64,000 nt of DNA, from NCBI GenBank assembly GCA_002505455.1, contig DAVB01000060.1:1-64000 (forward strand), in the 5' to 3' direction. This document shows positions 1 through 9,616 of this stretch, piece after piece (positions within the stretch are counted from its first letter, which is position 1; each line of letters opens with the position of its first letter). The notes beneath the pieces were generated by a model that was given only the letters and a program-made list of their open reading frames with translations, was not told where the DNA came from and did not search any database. This DNA is from Euryarchaeota archaeon UBA52. Its GTDB lineage: Archaea; Thermoplasmatota; Poseidoniia; Poseidoniales; Thalassarchaeaceae. Position numbers and translations under genes: made by a program.

Positions 1-210
1 TCGGAATTAGCACACTGCATACGTTCAAGAAAGCCGAACGCAGTAATGCGATTCATTCCAGACGAACGTCAGGATATCGCTGATAATTGGCCAGAAGATG
101 TGGATGATGCCCCTGCTAGGAGCGATTGGGGCTGGGAATCAAGATTTGACATGGATCAACTGGTTGATTCTATGATGGCCGGTGTGGCTCAATCTTCATC
201 CTCGTCCTGA
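1..210 (+). CDS. 3' end of an unidentified gene entering from upstream (partial). The last 22 nt overlap the thermosome stop on the opposite strand.
   Basis: Frame 1 is open from base 1 to TGA at 208-210 (…WPEDVDDAPARSDWGWESRFDMDQLVDSMMAGVAQSSSSS*). There is no in-window start, so it is not in the ORF track. Weak. Confidence 0.25.
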   Translation, partial: SELAHCIRSRKPNAVMRFIPDERQDIADNWPEDVDDAPARSDWGWESRFDMDQLVDSMMAGVAQSSSSS

Positions 211-1784
211 TTCCAGTCAGGTTCTCCCGGCTCGACCTTAGCCCATAGTACATCATCGATCCTAAGTACCGATATCGCGCCCTCAGTGGCTCCAGATAAT
301 GCGTTCTCAACGACCAGTCGAAGATCTATTATTCCAATCGAATCGAGACTTACGAGACTATCAGTTCTTAGATCGAAACCAGTCCAAGGACCACTCTTCG
401 TCTGTGCAGCAGACAACTCAAGAATTCTGTCTATCGGATCATGACCGGAATTCTGTGCAAGAACTCTGGGAATTGTCTCCAAAGCATCTGCAAATCCCTC
501 TACAGCCAATTGCCTCTTACCTGCATACCTGCTTGCCTCATTCCTTAGCGTACGTGCAAGGTGACTCCATGTCGATCCTCCCCCAGGGAGCATGGGTGCC
601 GCTCCCGACACTCTTACTGCGACTCCAAGCGCATCATCGAAAGTCCGTATGACTTCATCTCTAAGGGCGGGAGTTGAACCCCTGACAAGAAGGGTCTTCC
701 CCTGGCCAGAATTTGACGCTACATGCAGGTAGTGAACGCCCGATACTTTACGCTCTTCCCATGAATCACAATGTCCAAGATGCGCTCTTTCAGCAACTTC
801 GATGGATCGGATGATCACGGCCCCTGTTATCTCAGAAAGCCTGTTCAGATCCTCCTTGTCGAATCTCCTGAAGCAATTGATGCCTGCTTTCCTGAGCATA
901 CTCTGCGCTTCTTCGTCTATGCCATCACGCACAGCTAGAATTCCAACATCAAGAGATTCGAGGTGAGAAACAAGACCCTGTAATTTCTTCCTCTTCCTCT
1001 GGATGAACCCTTCCCTGACTCCCAGCGAGCTTATTTCAAACTCGGTATCGAACTCCACTTCCGGTATCTCAAGACCCCCATCAATCACCGCAATAGAACA
1101 ACCTTCTCCACGATTTGGCATGGATTTGTCAAATCTTTGCTTCCTCGTAACGAAGGCAGAAACAAGTTCTGTATCCGTGACCGCGCCTTCTTCTAGAGAA
1201 ATGCGCTTAATCAGAACTCTTTCTCCCTCAGGGTCGTCTACTTCAATCGATTCAGAAGCATCTAATGCGAGCCTACATACCAAATCGAGTATCGATGAAT
1301 CGACTTTCTGCCCTATGCATGTCGATACAATGTGCCGTACATCACCATCCGAGGCGATCGGCCTCGCAATCGAGGCTATTTCTTTCATGCACATGGAATA
1401 TGCGGACCTGTACGAATCAGCAATTATTGTCGGATGAAGACCAGATCTGGAAAGTTCGAGGGCATTTCTGAGCAATTCTGCTAATATCAGTATGGAAGTA
1501 GTAGTACCATCTCTTGCCACTCGATCTTGTGTAATACTCGTCTCAATCACTAGTCTTGCAGTAGGATGCTCTACCTTTGCCGTATCCAGAACCGTAGCCC
1601 CGTCATTGGTAATCAGAACCTCTCCATTCTGATCAATCAGCATCTTGTCCATCCCCTTCGGGCCTAGTGTCGATCTCACTGCAGCTGCTACAGCCAAAGC
1701 AGCTCTCGTATTTCCAACTAGGGCAGCCCTACCAGTTACCCTGTCCGTATCTTGGAGTGTGAGGTCTTCGTCAGGGGAGGACAC
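189..1784 (-). CDS. ths: Thermosome subunit (group II chaperonin, Cpn60/TCP-1 family)
   Basis: 531 aa. N-terminal GRAALVGNTRAALAVAAAVRSTLGPKGMDKMLID…ITNDGATVL and later ITQDRVARDGTTT match the thermosome/CCT ATP-binding motifs. Acidic C-terminus (…WNQDEDED). Confidence 0.95.
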   Translation of the reverse strand: MSSPDEDLTLQDTDRVTGRAALVGNTRAALAVAAAVRSTLGPKGMDKMLIDQNGEVLITNDGATVLDTAKVEHPTARLVIETSITQDRVARDGTTTSILILAELLRNALELSRSGLHPTIIADSYRSAYSMCMKEIASIARPIASDGDVRHIVSTCIGQKVDSSILDLVCRLALDASESIEVDDPEGERVLIKRISLEEGAVTDTELVSAFVTRKQRFDKSMPNRGEGCSIAVIDGGLEIPEVEFDTEFEISSLGVREGFIQRKRKKLQGLVSHLESLDVGILAVRDGIDEEAQSMLRKAGINCFRRFDKEDLNRLSEITGAVIIRSIEVAERAHLGHCDSWEERKVSGVHYLHVASNSGQGKTLLVRGSTPALRDEVIRTFDDALGVAVRVSGAAPMLPGGGSTWSHLARTLRNEASRYAGKRQLAVEGFADALETIPRVLAQNSGHDPIDRILELSAAQTKSGPWTGFDLRTDSLVSLDSIGIIDLRLVVENALSGATEGAISVLRIDDVLWAKVEPGEPDWNQDEDED

Positions 1785-1912
1785 GGCGGTACGAGCATCT
1801 TCGGTAATATCAAGGAACCTCTCCTTCGAAGTTTTACCATTTATACTACTACGGGAGATTCATATACCCCCCACGTGGTCAACTATACAACCCGTGGTTG
1901 AGTAGTGATCCA
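1785..1912. promoter_or_regulatory. Divergent promoter region between thermosome (-) and the Hsp20-like gene (+). TATAAAT / TTTATAC element at ~1838-1846. Direct repeat of CGTGGT at ~1874 and ~1893.
   Basis: AT-rich core …accatttatactact… followed by cACGTGGTcaac…(19 nt)…cCGTGGTtgag immediately upstream of the downstream ATG (1913). Candidate heat-shock operator. Seen in sequence only. Confidence 0.3.
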
Positions 1913-2521
1913 ATGACCTCTGAAGAAAACAACTGGGAAAGGGACATAATTCGTGAGATGACCAAGGTATTCGAACAGATGGGTATACCTATGGACATGG
2001 GCATGCTGGAGAACATGATGAATCAGTTGGAAGAGCATTTTGAACGAATGGGAATCGACTCTAAATCCATATCCAAGACTGACATCACCCTGAATGGAAA
2101 AGGAGACCCTGAGGAGATTAGGAAGAATATCGAGGCTATGATGTCCGGGCCAGGGGGTTTTGCGGACATGCTCTCAAAGATGGGATTTGAAGTATCTGTA
2201 AAATCCTCAAGCAACACGCCTCGAGATCAGGTAGATGTCGTAACCGAGCCACAGGAAGATAACAGGCTCATTGAGATTCCAGATACGGATTTCACTCATG
2301 AGGGCGAGCTAGCCAACGTAATGATTGATGTAACCTCCATCCCTGAGGCAGATGATGGATCAGTCGATCTCGCATTAGCCGACGGAGGCAGAATAATCGA
2401 ACTGTTGAGGCATAACCTCCTCAACCCTCTCAGAGGTTTCTCTATCCCTTTCGCAGCTAGCCGTATCGAGGAATGGACCCTAAACAATGGTATCCTTGAT
2501 GTGACGCTGAGAATGGAATAA
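1898..2521 (+). CDS. Small heat-shock protein (Hsp20 / alpha-crystallin-like C-terminal domain) with a Met-rich N-terminal region. The ORF-track start is TTG. The first ATG is at 1913.
   Basis: C-terminal …RGFSIPFAASRIEEWTLNNGILDVTLRME resembles the Hsp20 'R.f.LP…A.y.nGvL.i.lpK' end. Sits between thermosome and dnaK. No GrpE hallmarks. Confidence 0.5.
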   Translation: MSSDPMTSEENNWERDIIREMTKVFEQMGIPMDMGMLENMMNQLEEHFERMGIDSKSISKTDITLNGKGDPEEIRKNIEAMMSGPGGFADMLSKMGFEVSVKSSSNTPRDQVDVVTEPQEDNRLIEIPDTDFTHEGELANVMIDVTSIPEADDGSVDLALADGGRIIELLRHNLLNPLRGFSIPFAASRIEEWTLNNGILDVTLRME

Positions 2522-2539
2522 TTAGGGGATGATTGAACA

Positions 2540-4408
2540 ATGAGCACACCTGTTATCGGAATTGATCTAGGAACAACCAACAGCTGCGTAGCAACCTTGG
2601 AGGGAGGTCAGGCCGTCGTAATTCCAAATTCGGAAGGAGCACGAACCACTCCAAGCGTAGTCGCTTTCGCCAAAGATGGTGAGCGGCACATCGGAATCAC
2701 TGCCAAGCGTCAGGCTGTGACTAATGCTAATCGGACTATTCTGTCAGTCAAGCGCGAGATGGGAACTGAGTGGTCATCTGAAATTGATGATTCCACATAC
2801 ACGCCTCAAGAAATGTCAGCATTCATCTTGCAGAAATTGAAGGCAGATGCAGAAGCATATCTCGGCCAGGAAATAAAGAAAGCCGTAATCACATGCCCCG
2901 CATATTTTACCGATGCACAGAGGAAGGCGACTAAAGATGCAGGACGAATCGCAGGATTAGAAGTTCTTAGGATAATCAACGAGCCCACTGCAGCTGCACT
3001 TGCATACGGAGTGAATAAAGAAGAAGATCAGACCATCCTGGTATACGATCTCGGAGGAGGGACGTTTGATGTTTCCATTCTCGAAATCTACCAGGTAGAT
3101 GGCCAGCCACAGATAGAAGTCAAGGCGACTTCCGGAGATAATAGGCTTGGAGGCGATGACTTCGACGAGGTCATCATCACATGGCTTGTTGATGAGTACA
3201 AGAAAGATACAGGCATCGATCTATCTACTGATGCACAGGCCATGAGCAGACTTCGTGAACATGCAGAGAAAGCAAAGATAGAGCTTTCAGGTTCTGGCTC
3301 CGCCCAGGTCAATCTCCCATTCATCACGAGTCGTGATGGTCAGCCCGAACATCTTGACATCACACTATCGAGGTCTAAGTTTGAGGAACTAATCGAGCCA
3401 TTGATCTCAAGGACTCTTTCACCCACGCGCCAAGCTATGAAGGATGCAGGAATATCCAAGGGCAAGGTCGACAAGGTGATTCTAGTAGGTGGCTCTACAC
3501 GTGTCCCTGCCGTACAATCTGCAATCGAACAAGAAGTCGGTAAAGCTCCTTTCAAGGGTGTGAACCCCGATGAGGCAGTCGCCATGGGAGCGGCCCTTCA
3601 GGCAGGAATAATCGTTGGAGATTCTGGTGTCACCGACGTCCTCCTTCTTGACGTTACACCCCTTACACTCGGAATCGAGACTCTAGGCGGGGTTATGACC
3701 ACAATGATTGAGCGAAACACCACCATACCAAGCAAGCGATCGGAGACATTCTCTACCGCTGCTGACAACCAGCCTGCTGTCGAGGTCCATGTTCTTCAAG
3801 GAGAGAGGCAGTTTGCTAAAGACAACATCACTCTTGGAAAATTCCACCTCACAGGGATACCCGCTGCACCTAGGGGGATACCCCAGATCGAAGTCACATT
3901 CGACATCGATGCGAATGGAATTGTGAATGTTTCAGCAAAGGACCTCGGCACAGGAAAGGAACAAAAAATCACTATAGAGAGTCAAACATCTCTCAGTGAA
4001 GACGAGATTAAGTCTAAGATTGCAGAGGCTGAAGAATTTGCCGATGAAGATCGTAAGAGGAAGGCACGCGTCGAGCTCAAGAACCAGGCCGAAAGCATAG
4101 TTTATCAGACTCGAAAGACCATCGAAGAAGCCGGTGATAAGCTTGAGGAAGCTGATACAGAACCTGTTCTGGAGAAGCTGAATGAACTCGAATCAATGGT
4201 GATGGATGGAGACACCCCAATCGATGTGGATGAAATCGATGAAGCCGGAGTACAGTCCAAGATAACCGAGTTAGAAGGCCTCATGCAGGCTCTTTCTATC
4301 AAAATATATGAGGCTGCAGCCAAGGATATGGAAGAAGACAACCAAGAAGACGAGTCTGATGACGGAGTCCACGAAGCGGATTTCGAAGTCGTTGAAGATG
4401 AGGATTGA
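2540..4408 (+). CDS. dnaK: Molecular chaperone DnaK (Hsp70)
   Basis: 622 aa. [25 protein letters not shown] and [14 protein letters not shown] Hsp70 signatures. Acidic tail. Confidence 0.97.
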   Translation: MSTPVIGIDLGTTNSCVATLEGGQAVVIPNSEGARTTPSVVAFAKDGERHIGITAKRQAVTNANRTILSVKREMGTEWSSEIDDSTYTPQEMSAFILQKLKADAEAYLGQEIKKAVITCPAYFTDAQRKATKDAGRIAGLEVLRIINEPTAAALAYGVNKEEDQTILVYDLGGGTFDVSILEIYQVDGQPQIEVKATSGDNRLGGDDFDEVIITWLVDEYKKDTGIDLSTDAQAMSRLREHAEKAKIELSGSGSAQVNLPFITSRDGQPEHLDITLSRSKFEELIEPLISRTLSPTRQAMKDAGISKGKVDKVILVGGSTRVPAVQSAIEQEVGKAPFKGVNPDEAVAMGAALQAGIIVGDSGVTDVLLLDVTPLTLGIETLGGVMTTMIERNTTIPSKRSETFSTAADNQPAVEVHVLQGERQFAKDNITLGKFHLTGIPAAPRGIPQIEVTFDIDANGIVNVSAKDLGTGKEQKITIESQTSLSEDEIKSKIAEAEEFADEDRKRKARVELKNQAESIVYQTRKTIEEAGDKLEEADTEPVLEKLNELESMVMDGDTPIDVDEIDEAGVQSKITELEGLMQALSIKIYEAAAKDMEEDNQEDESDDGVHEADFEVVEDED

Positions 4409-4409
4409 A

Positions 4410-5384
4410 TCACATTTTCGACATATTAATCCTCCAGTAGAGGAATGGTGCGATGACGATGTACATCAGAACGCCATAGACTCCCGATGGGAGACTCAGC
4501 ACAGATAGAGTTGCACCTGCTTGGGGAGCCATTACAAGGCCCCCAACTGTAATGCCTACGGTTGCATTCTGTATGCCGCTCTCTATCGAAACAGTCGTCG
4601 CCTGATTATTTTCAAGATCAAGAATCGACGCACTCTTCCAACCTATTCCGAGCATCAGGATATTGAGTATAACAACAGCCGGGCCAAGCGTCCCAATATT
4701 CTCCATCAGCGTATCAAATTCACTTGCAATAGCCGCAATGACGATGATGACGAAAAGCCCAGCCGCGATCTTTCCAATCAAAGGCTCAATACCATCAGCA
4801 GTGGACTCTGAATACCTGCGAATTAACATTCCAATCATCACAGGCACAGTGGTCAGGAGAAACATGCTTACTCCGAGTTCAAGGATTTCGATATCAGGCG
4901 ATGCGGTACCCATGAAATGATCCATTGAGAAGCCAACTATGAATGGAAGTGTGATTACGGATATAACACTCACAACTGCGGTATATGAAATGGACAGAGC
5001 TGTGTCCCCTCCTGCTAATTTTGTCAGAATATTGGATGTCACACCCCCTGGACAGCAAGCTAGAATCATCAGACCAACCGCCATTTCACCAGATAAACCG
5101 AAGATGCTTGCTATGCCGAATCCTGCTATCGGCAAGATAACCATCTGATTGCCCAATCCCACTGCGAATGCCTTCGGTTCAGTTAGAATAAGGCCAAAAT
5201 CAGATACTTTCAGGCCCAGCCCCAGTGAGAACATGATATACGCCAGAGAGAGTGGAAGAACCACTTCGATGATTATGTTAGATTCTTCTTCCACACTCTC
5301 CTCAGTGTCCTGAGCAGCGACACTCGATGAAAGAACTACTACAATCAACAGACAGGCAATCAGCACCTTGAACGACCCATTCAT
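4410..5384 (-). CDS. Bile acid:Na+ symporter (BASS/SBF) family membrane transporter
   Basis: 324 aa, polytopic. CCPGGVTSNILTKLAGGDTALSIS matches the BASS signature region. N-terminal signal-like helix. Confidence 0.65.
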   Translation of the reverse strand: MNGSFKVLIACLLIVVVLSSSVAAQDTEESVEEESNIIIEVVLPLSLAYIMFSLGLGLKVSDFGLILTEPKAFAVGLGNQMVILPIAGFGIASIFGLSGEMAVGLMILACCPGGVTSNILTKLAGGDTALSISYTAVVSVISVITLPFIVGFSMDHFMGTASPDIEILELGVSMFLLTTVPVMIGMLIRRYSESTADGIEPLIGKIAAGLFVIIVIAAIASEFDTLMENIGTLGPAVVILNILMLGIGWKSASILDLENNQATTVSIESGIQNATVGITVGGLVMAPQAGATLSVLSLPSGVYGVLMYIVIAPFLYWRINMSKM

Positions 5385-5468
5385 GTAACCTGCAAAAGCC
5401 CGTTCAACGTATAGAACATGCCCGAATACAATGCGAGATGTACCAAATATTGCGGTTTAAGACTATTC

Positions 5469-6998
5469 TCAACGGATATCGCCCGTGATAAGACGATGTA
5501 GAGTCCTTACATGCACTCCCGATGTACCGAACTGGAAGAATGGATTCTCACGCTCGGTCCGAGCCTTGGAACCGGGGCCCCATGCAGTTCCTGCGATGTC
5601 CAAATGCACCCAAGGTATCTTGCAAGAACCCCCGTCTTCTTCCCTAGATGGAACGAAGAACTCTAAGAAAGCCGCCGCGCTGTTAGATGAACCGGCCCTA
5701 CCCCCAATCGAGCCATTCCTTATGTCCGCGAATGCTGAATCTGTCATGTATCTCTTGAATTGGTCATTCAAGGGCATTTCCCAGACCGGCTCCCCACATG
5801 ATGAGGCGGCTGATTCGACCCTCTTCACGAGTGTGGAATCATTGCCCCACATCCCTGTTATTTGATTCCCCAAAGCGACTACTACTGCGCCTGTGAGAGT
5901 TGCTAAATCTACAATGAATTCAGGATCGAATTCTCCTGCCTTGCAGAGACCATCAGCCAGAACATTCCTGCCTTCTGCGTCTGTACTGAAGACCTCCACA
6001 GTCTTTCCAGAATATGTCTTGAATACATCTCCAGGCCTATATGCTCCAGATCCAGGCATGTTCTCCGCCAAGCACGCTATCCCGTTTACTCTGCGATCGT
6101 AGCCGGTAGAGTACAGAGCCTCCATCAGACCAAAAACGGTAGCAGCACCACACATATCGTATTTCATGTCCCACATGCCACTCGTTGGTTTGATCGAAAT
6201 ACCGCCTGTATCGAAAGTTATCCCCTTCCCAACTATGCATGGACGACGAACACCATCGTCTGCATGTGGGTTGAGGGTGAAGAGGACCATGCAGGGTTTC
6301 CTGTCGCTCCCTTTGCCTACGTTGATCAACCCCCCCATGCCTAGTTCGTTGAGCTTATCCCAGTCGTATACCTCAACTACAACATTTTCTTTATTCTCTG
6401 CCCATTTCTGTGCTCTATGGGCATATTCCATAGGGTATAGAACATTAGCTGGCTCATTACCAAGATTACGTGCTAGATGCACTCCCTTAACCAGTGCACT
6501 TGACTTGGAAAGACCCTTCTCGAGATGGTTTTGATATCTGGGGCTGGCTTGGAATTGAACTGACCAAGGATCCAGGATATGATCCTCTCCGATATCCTGA
6601 TGTTCAATGAACTCATAGTCTCGCAGCATCATGCCTTCTGCAAAGTCTATCATGCGATCACCGGACCAACCCGAAGTGAATCTGACACATACAGATAGTC
6701 CATTTTTCTTTGAAAGTGAGCCCATTACTCGGGCACCGGTCGTTCGTGCAATATCATGCCCCATCTCGCCTTTCTCGCCCATTCCGACAAGCATAACCCT
6801 GCATCCTGGCGTCCATACAACCATATTTTCTCCTTCCTTCCCCTCAAAATCATTCGAAGAGATGGCCTCTCTGACCAGATTTCTTTGACTACGTCCTAGA
6901 CCAGATAGTGCATTGTTAGGCGCCCGAATGACGCCCTGGAAAAGCGGTAGAATCAGCTGTTCGCAGGCTTCATTGAATTCAAGATTTGACCAATTCAC
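5469..6998 (-). CDS. pepA: Leucyl aminopeptidase (M17 family, PepA-like)
   Basis: 509 aa. NLGNEPANVLYP, VGKGITFDTGGISIKP, MKYDMCGAATVFG and STDAEGRNVLADG (M17 NTDAEGRL signature). Confidence 0.9.
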   Translation of the reverse strand: MNWSNLEFNEACEQLILPLFQGVIRAPNNALSGLGRSQRNLVREAISSNDFEGKEGENMVVWTPGCRVMLVGMGEKGEMGHDIARTTGARVMGSLSKKNGLSVCVRFTSGWSGDRMIDFAEGMMLRDYEFIEHQDIGEDHILDPWSVQFQASPRYQNHLEKGLSKSSALVKGVHLARNLGNEPANVLYPMEYAHRAQKWAENKENVVVEVYDWDKLNELGMGGLINVGKGSDRKPCMVLFTLNPHADDGVRRPCIVGKGITFDTGGISIKPTSGMWDMKYDMCGAATVFGLMEALYSTGYDRRVNGIACLAENMPGSGAYRPGDVFKTYSGKTVEVFSTDAEGRNVLADGLCKAGEFDPEFIVDLATLTGAVVVALGNQITGMWGNDSTLVKRVESAASSCGEPVWEMPLNDQFKRYMTDSAFADIRNGSIGGRAGSSNSAAAFLEFFVPSREEDGGSCKIPWVHLDIAGTAWGPGSKARTERENPFFQFGTSGVHVRTLHRLITGDIR

Positions 6999-7092
6999 AA
7001 TATCACTGAGTTAATGGATTTTGTAATGATATACAAATAATTGCCTAGAAACATTAACTTTCAGATGTCAATCAATTATTGAGAAATCCAAA

Positions 7093-8439
7093 TTATGGTT
7101 CTAATCTGCTATTTCTTCCACCAATAGCAGCAAGAGTGATTGAAATGAATAAGACGAACACCGACGGAGTCGAAAGAAAACCACCAGAGTTTTTGCTAGA
7201 CCAATCTACTACGCTTTCGTTCACTACCTCATTTACCCACATTGAAGCATCAATCACTCTCTTCTGATAACTTATGCTCCAAGATCCCCCATTCACGATA
7301 GCAAGACCTTCGCTATCGAAGACCACATTTGTTTCATTGGTAGCGTTGACGCCGAAGGTCGACGAATTCCACAACAAATCTCCATCGGGACTGATGTACT
7401 GAAGTGTTGCATTGGAAGTACTAGCATGCCCCAAGTTCACTACATGGCCCCTCACCTCCTCCCCGTCGATTTCGACCTCTTCCACAACCAAGCGAGCACG
7501 CCAGAACCAGATATTCTCAATCAAATATCGCATAACATCAAGCTCCTCTTCCAGCCTATCTGAGAGCGCCTCTACTGTACCAAGGAGAAATTGCTCATCA
7601 TCTGTCTCAAAGGTAAACGTAGGATACCCCATCACTCCATATCCGTAATCTCTGCTTGTACCGCAGTTTGGATACAAGCCCTGGTTGGCATTTCGGATGG
7701 GTATTTCAGAGATATTGGTATTGACTTCATCTCTGATAAAATGATACATCTCCCAGTCCGAAGGTTGGTCTGGCCATTTGCCCCAAGGGTATAGCATGAT
7801 CCACACCCCTGTGTGCATGGTGATGTACAAATCAGCATGAGGCACAACATCATTCATGTATATCGAATTCGCAAGGGTTTCAGATTCGCTAAATGCACTA
7901 CTCCCTGGCTGAGTCGTTGGACAGGTATTCCAATAATGGTCGTAATTCCTATTCAGATCTACTTGATTTACATTCCATCTTGTATCGAAGTCATTGCCAT
8001 CTGCGTTGAGCATAATCAGGATATGTAATTCCGTATTGGTCAAAACGTCGATTACATCCTGCTCCCCATTGCCCCATCCTTCGATATAGTATTCCGCAAC
8101 AAGGAATGCCAATTCAGTTCCAAGATGCTCGTTCCCATGATGCCCTCCGTCAATATATGCTACATCTTTCGCCGTCCCATCCGGTTTGGTTTCCATACTC
8201 CAATCAGAGATCTGCAACATCCATATTTCTCTCCCTAGCTCCGTTTGCCCTATGCTGAATAGATTGATTATTTCCGGATAATCATCCGCCCATGCATTGA
8301 GATCCAATGTCAGTGTTGCATAGGAATGATACCAGTGCTCTTGGACAATGTCGGGCTGACCAAACTGCGCAGTTGCCACGGGCGCAGCAGAGACTGCGAG
8401 CATTGAACCCACAACGAATGCGGTAACCCAGCGGCGCAT
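7093..8439 (-). CDS. Secreted zinc carboxypeptidase (M14 family) with signal peptide and C-terminal TM anchor
   Basis: N-terminal MRRWVTAFVVGSMLAVSAAPVATAQ signal. IDGGHHGNEHLG zinc-binding HxxE. C-terminal FLSTPSVFVLFISITLAAIGG helix plus short basic tail. Confidence 0.7.
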   Translation of the reverse strand: MRRWVTAFVVGSMLAVSAAPVATAQFGQPDIVQEHWYHSYATLTLDLNAWADDYPEIINLFSIGQTELGREIWMLQISDWSMETKPDGTAKDVAYIDGGHHGNEHLGTELAFLVAEYYIEGWGNGEQDVIDVLTNTELHILIMLNADGNDFDTRWNVNQVDLNRNYDHYWNTCPTTQPGSSAFSESETLANSIYMNDVVPHADLYITMHTGVWIMLYPWGKWPDQPSDWEMYHFIRDEVNTNISEIPIRNANQGLYPNCGTSRDYGYGVMGYPTFTFETDDEQFLLGTVEALSDRLEEELDVMRYLIENIWFWRARLVVEEVEIDGEEVRGHVVNLGHASTSNATLQYISPDGDLLWNSSTFGVNATNETNVVFDSEGLAIVNGGSWSISYQKRVIDASMWVNEVVNESVVDWSSKNSGGFLSTPSVFVLFISITLAAIGGRNSRLEP

Positions 8440-8505
8440 GGCGCCGCTATGGGGCCAACGCCTAGAATCGTTCGCACGTTTTGACTGATTAAAAGACGAT
8501 TTGAA

Positions 8506-9174
8506 TCAATGACATGCTAAGCCGTATTTCTTTAGACGCCAATAGTTGTATGGCCATGGAGTAATGAATCCTACGAATAACATAATTGGAATTACCCACC
8601 ATGTCAATGAAGGTTCTCCCATGATTAGAAGATCGGTAGCATTCATCGAAGATTCCATTGCTATCATCGAGATAAGAGACATCCCAATAGCTACTCTGAA
8701 TGCTTCTCTAATTCCTCCCATCTGTTTGATTAAGATGAAGGTCTCAAGTGCTATTGAGGTCATGATTCCATTGAACATTGCAAGCATCATAATCGACATT
8801 GCAGTCCAGCCAAGTGCATCAAGATAAGGAATAAATTGGAAAGCGGCAATTGTTCCAAAATCACCAATGCTACAGCCAATCAAGCACCACTTGGTATTGT
8901 GTGCTGACTGTTTCCATACACTTCCATCTCGCCAGTGAAACTCCTCAGTACGACCGTCTACGGTATAGCCGATTGCGAGAACAGCGTTCGCCATTAAATT
9001 CCGAGAGACCCCGGAGTGTGAAACGATAGCCGAACCAGTTTCATGAGATACTTCAGCAGATACGACACCAGATACGCTTTCAAGCGCATTTCGTACTCTT
9101 CCAGCGCAGCCATCGCAGGTCATTCCACCTACATCAAGCGTTATCGACTCGCCTCCCATGCTAATCTCACTCAA
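8506..9174 (-). CDS. Heavy-metal-associated (HMA, MxCxxC) domain fused to a 4-5 TM membrane domain
   Basis: GMTCDGCAGRVRNALESVSGV is a classic HMA metal-binding loop. Hydrophobic C-terminal half with a CLIGCSIGDFG motif. Confidence 0.6.
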   Translation of the reverse strand: MSEISMGGESITLDVGGMTCDGCAGRVRNALESVSGVVSAEVSHETGSAIVSHSGVSRNLMANAVLAIGYTVDGRTEEFHWRDGSVWKQSAHNTKWCLIGCSIGDFGTIAAFQFIPYLDALGWTAMSIMMLAMFNGIMTSIALETFILIKQMGGIREAFRVAIGMSLISMIAMESSMNATDLLIMGEPSLTWWVIPIMLFVGFITPWPYNYWRLKKYGLACH

Positions 9175-9202
9175 TGCTCCCTATTGAATAACACCACTCT
9201 GT

Positions 9203-9613
9203 TCACTTGGAATCGCTCCTCAGATGCATGCCAGTGGAGGATGGCCGAGATGGTTTGAAACCCCAGCGTTCGTAGAAACCACTTACATCTGCTAGGAGAT
9301 TGATGTATGTATTCGGTGGGGCTTCTTCCTCAATGTAGCGCATTAATTCATTCATCACCATTGTCCCTCCGCCTTTTCTTTGGTAATCAGGAATAACGGC
9401 CATGTCGCAGATATGGAATACGGTTCCACCATCCCCCACAATTCGTCCCATCCCAACAATTCTTCCGTTTTCTTCAAGCTTTAGAACCACTGAGCATAAC
9501 TCTCTACCTAATCCCCTGGTTGCACCTTCCATCGATCTCGGGCCCATTCCTGCTGCCTTTCTTATCATGAGGAAAATTTCTGGAGGAGGGACCTCCCTCT
9601 CGATCCTGAACAC
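9203..9613 (-). CDS. GNAT-family N-acetyltransferase
   Basis: 136 aa. …VIPDYQRKGGGTMVMNELMRY…YERWGFK is a GNAT motif A/B-like core. Lies 4 nt from the agmatinase-family gene, so possibly a polyamine-related module. Confidence 0.65.
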   Translation of the reverse strand: MFRIEREVPPPEIFLMIRKAAGMGPRSMEGATRGLGRELCSVVLKLEENGRIVGMGRIVGDGGTVFHICDMAVIPDYQRKGGGTMVMNELMRYIEEEAPPNTYINLLADVSGFYERWGFKPSRPSSTGMHLRSDSK

Positions 9614-9616
9614 GCT

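Noticed and set aside
299-1437. Plus-strand ORFs 299..652, 1003..1437, 1265..1471
   Set aside because: They are antisense to the thermosome gene and have low-complexity translations.
1898-2521. Calling 1898..2521 GrpE because it precedes dnaK
   Set aside because: It has no GrpE hallmarks (no long paired N-terminal helix, no four-helix-bundle or beta-sheet signature). The C-terminal pattern fits an Hsp20 alpha-crystallin domain instead. This is kept at moderate confidence.
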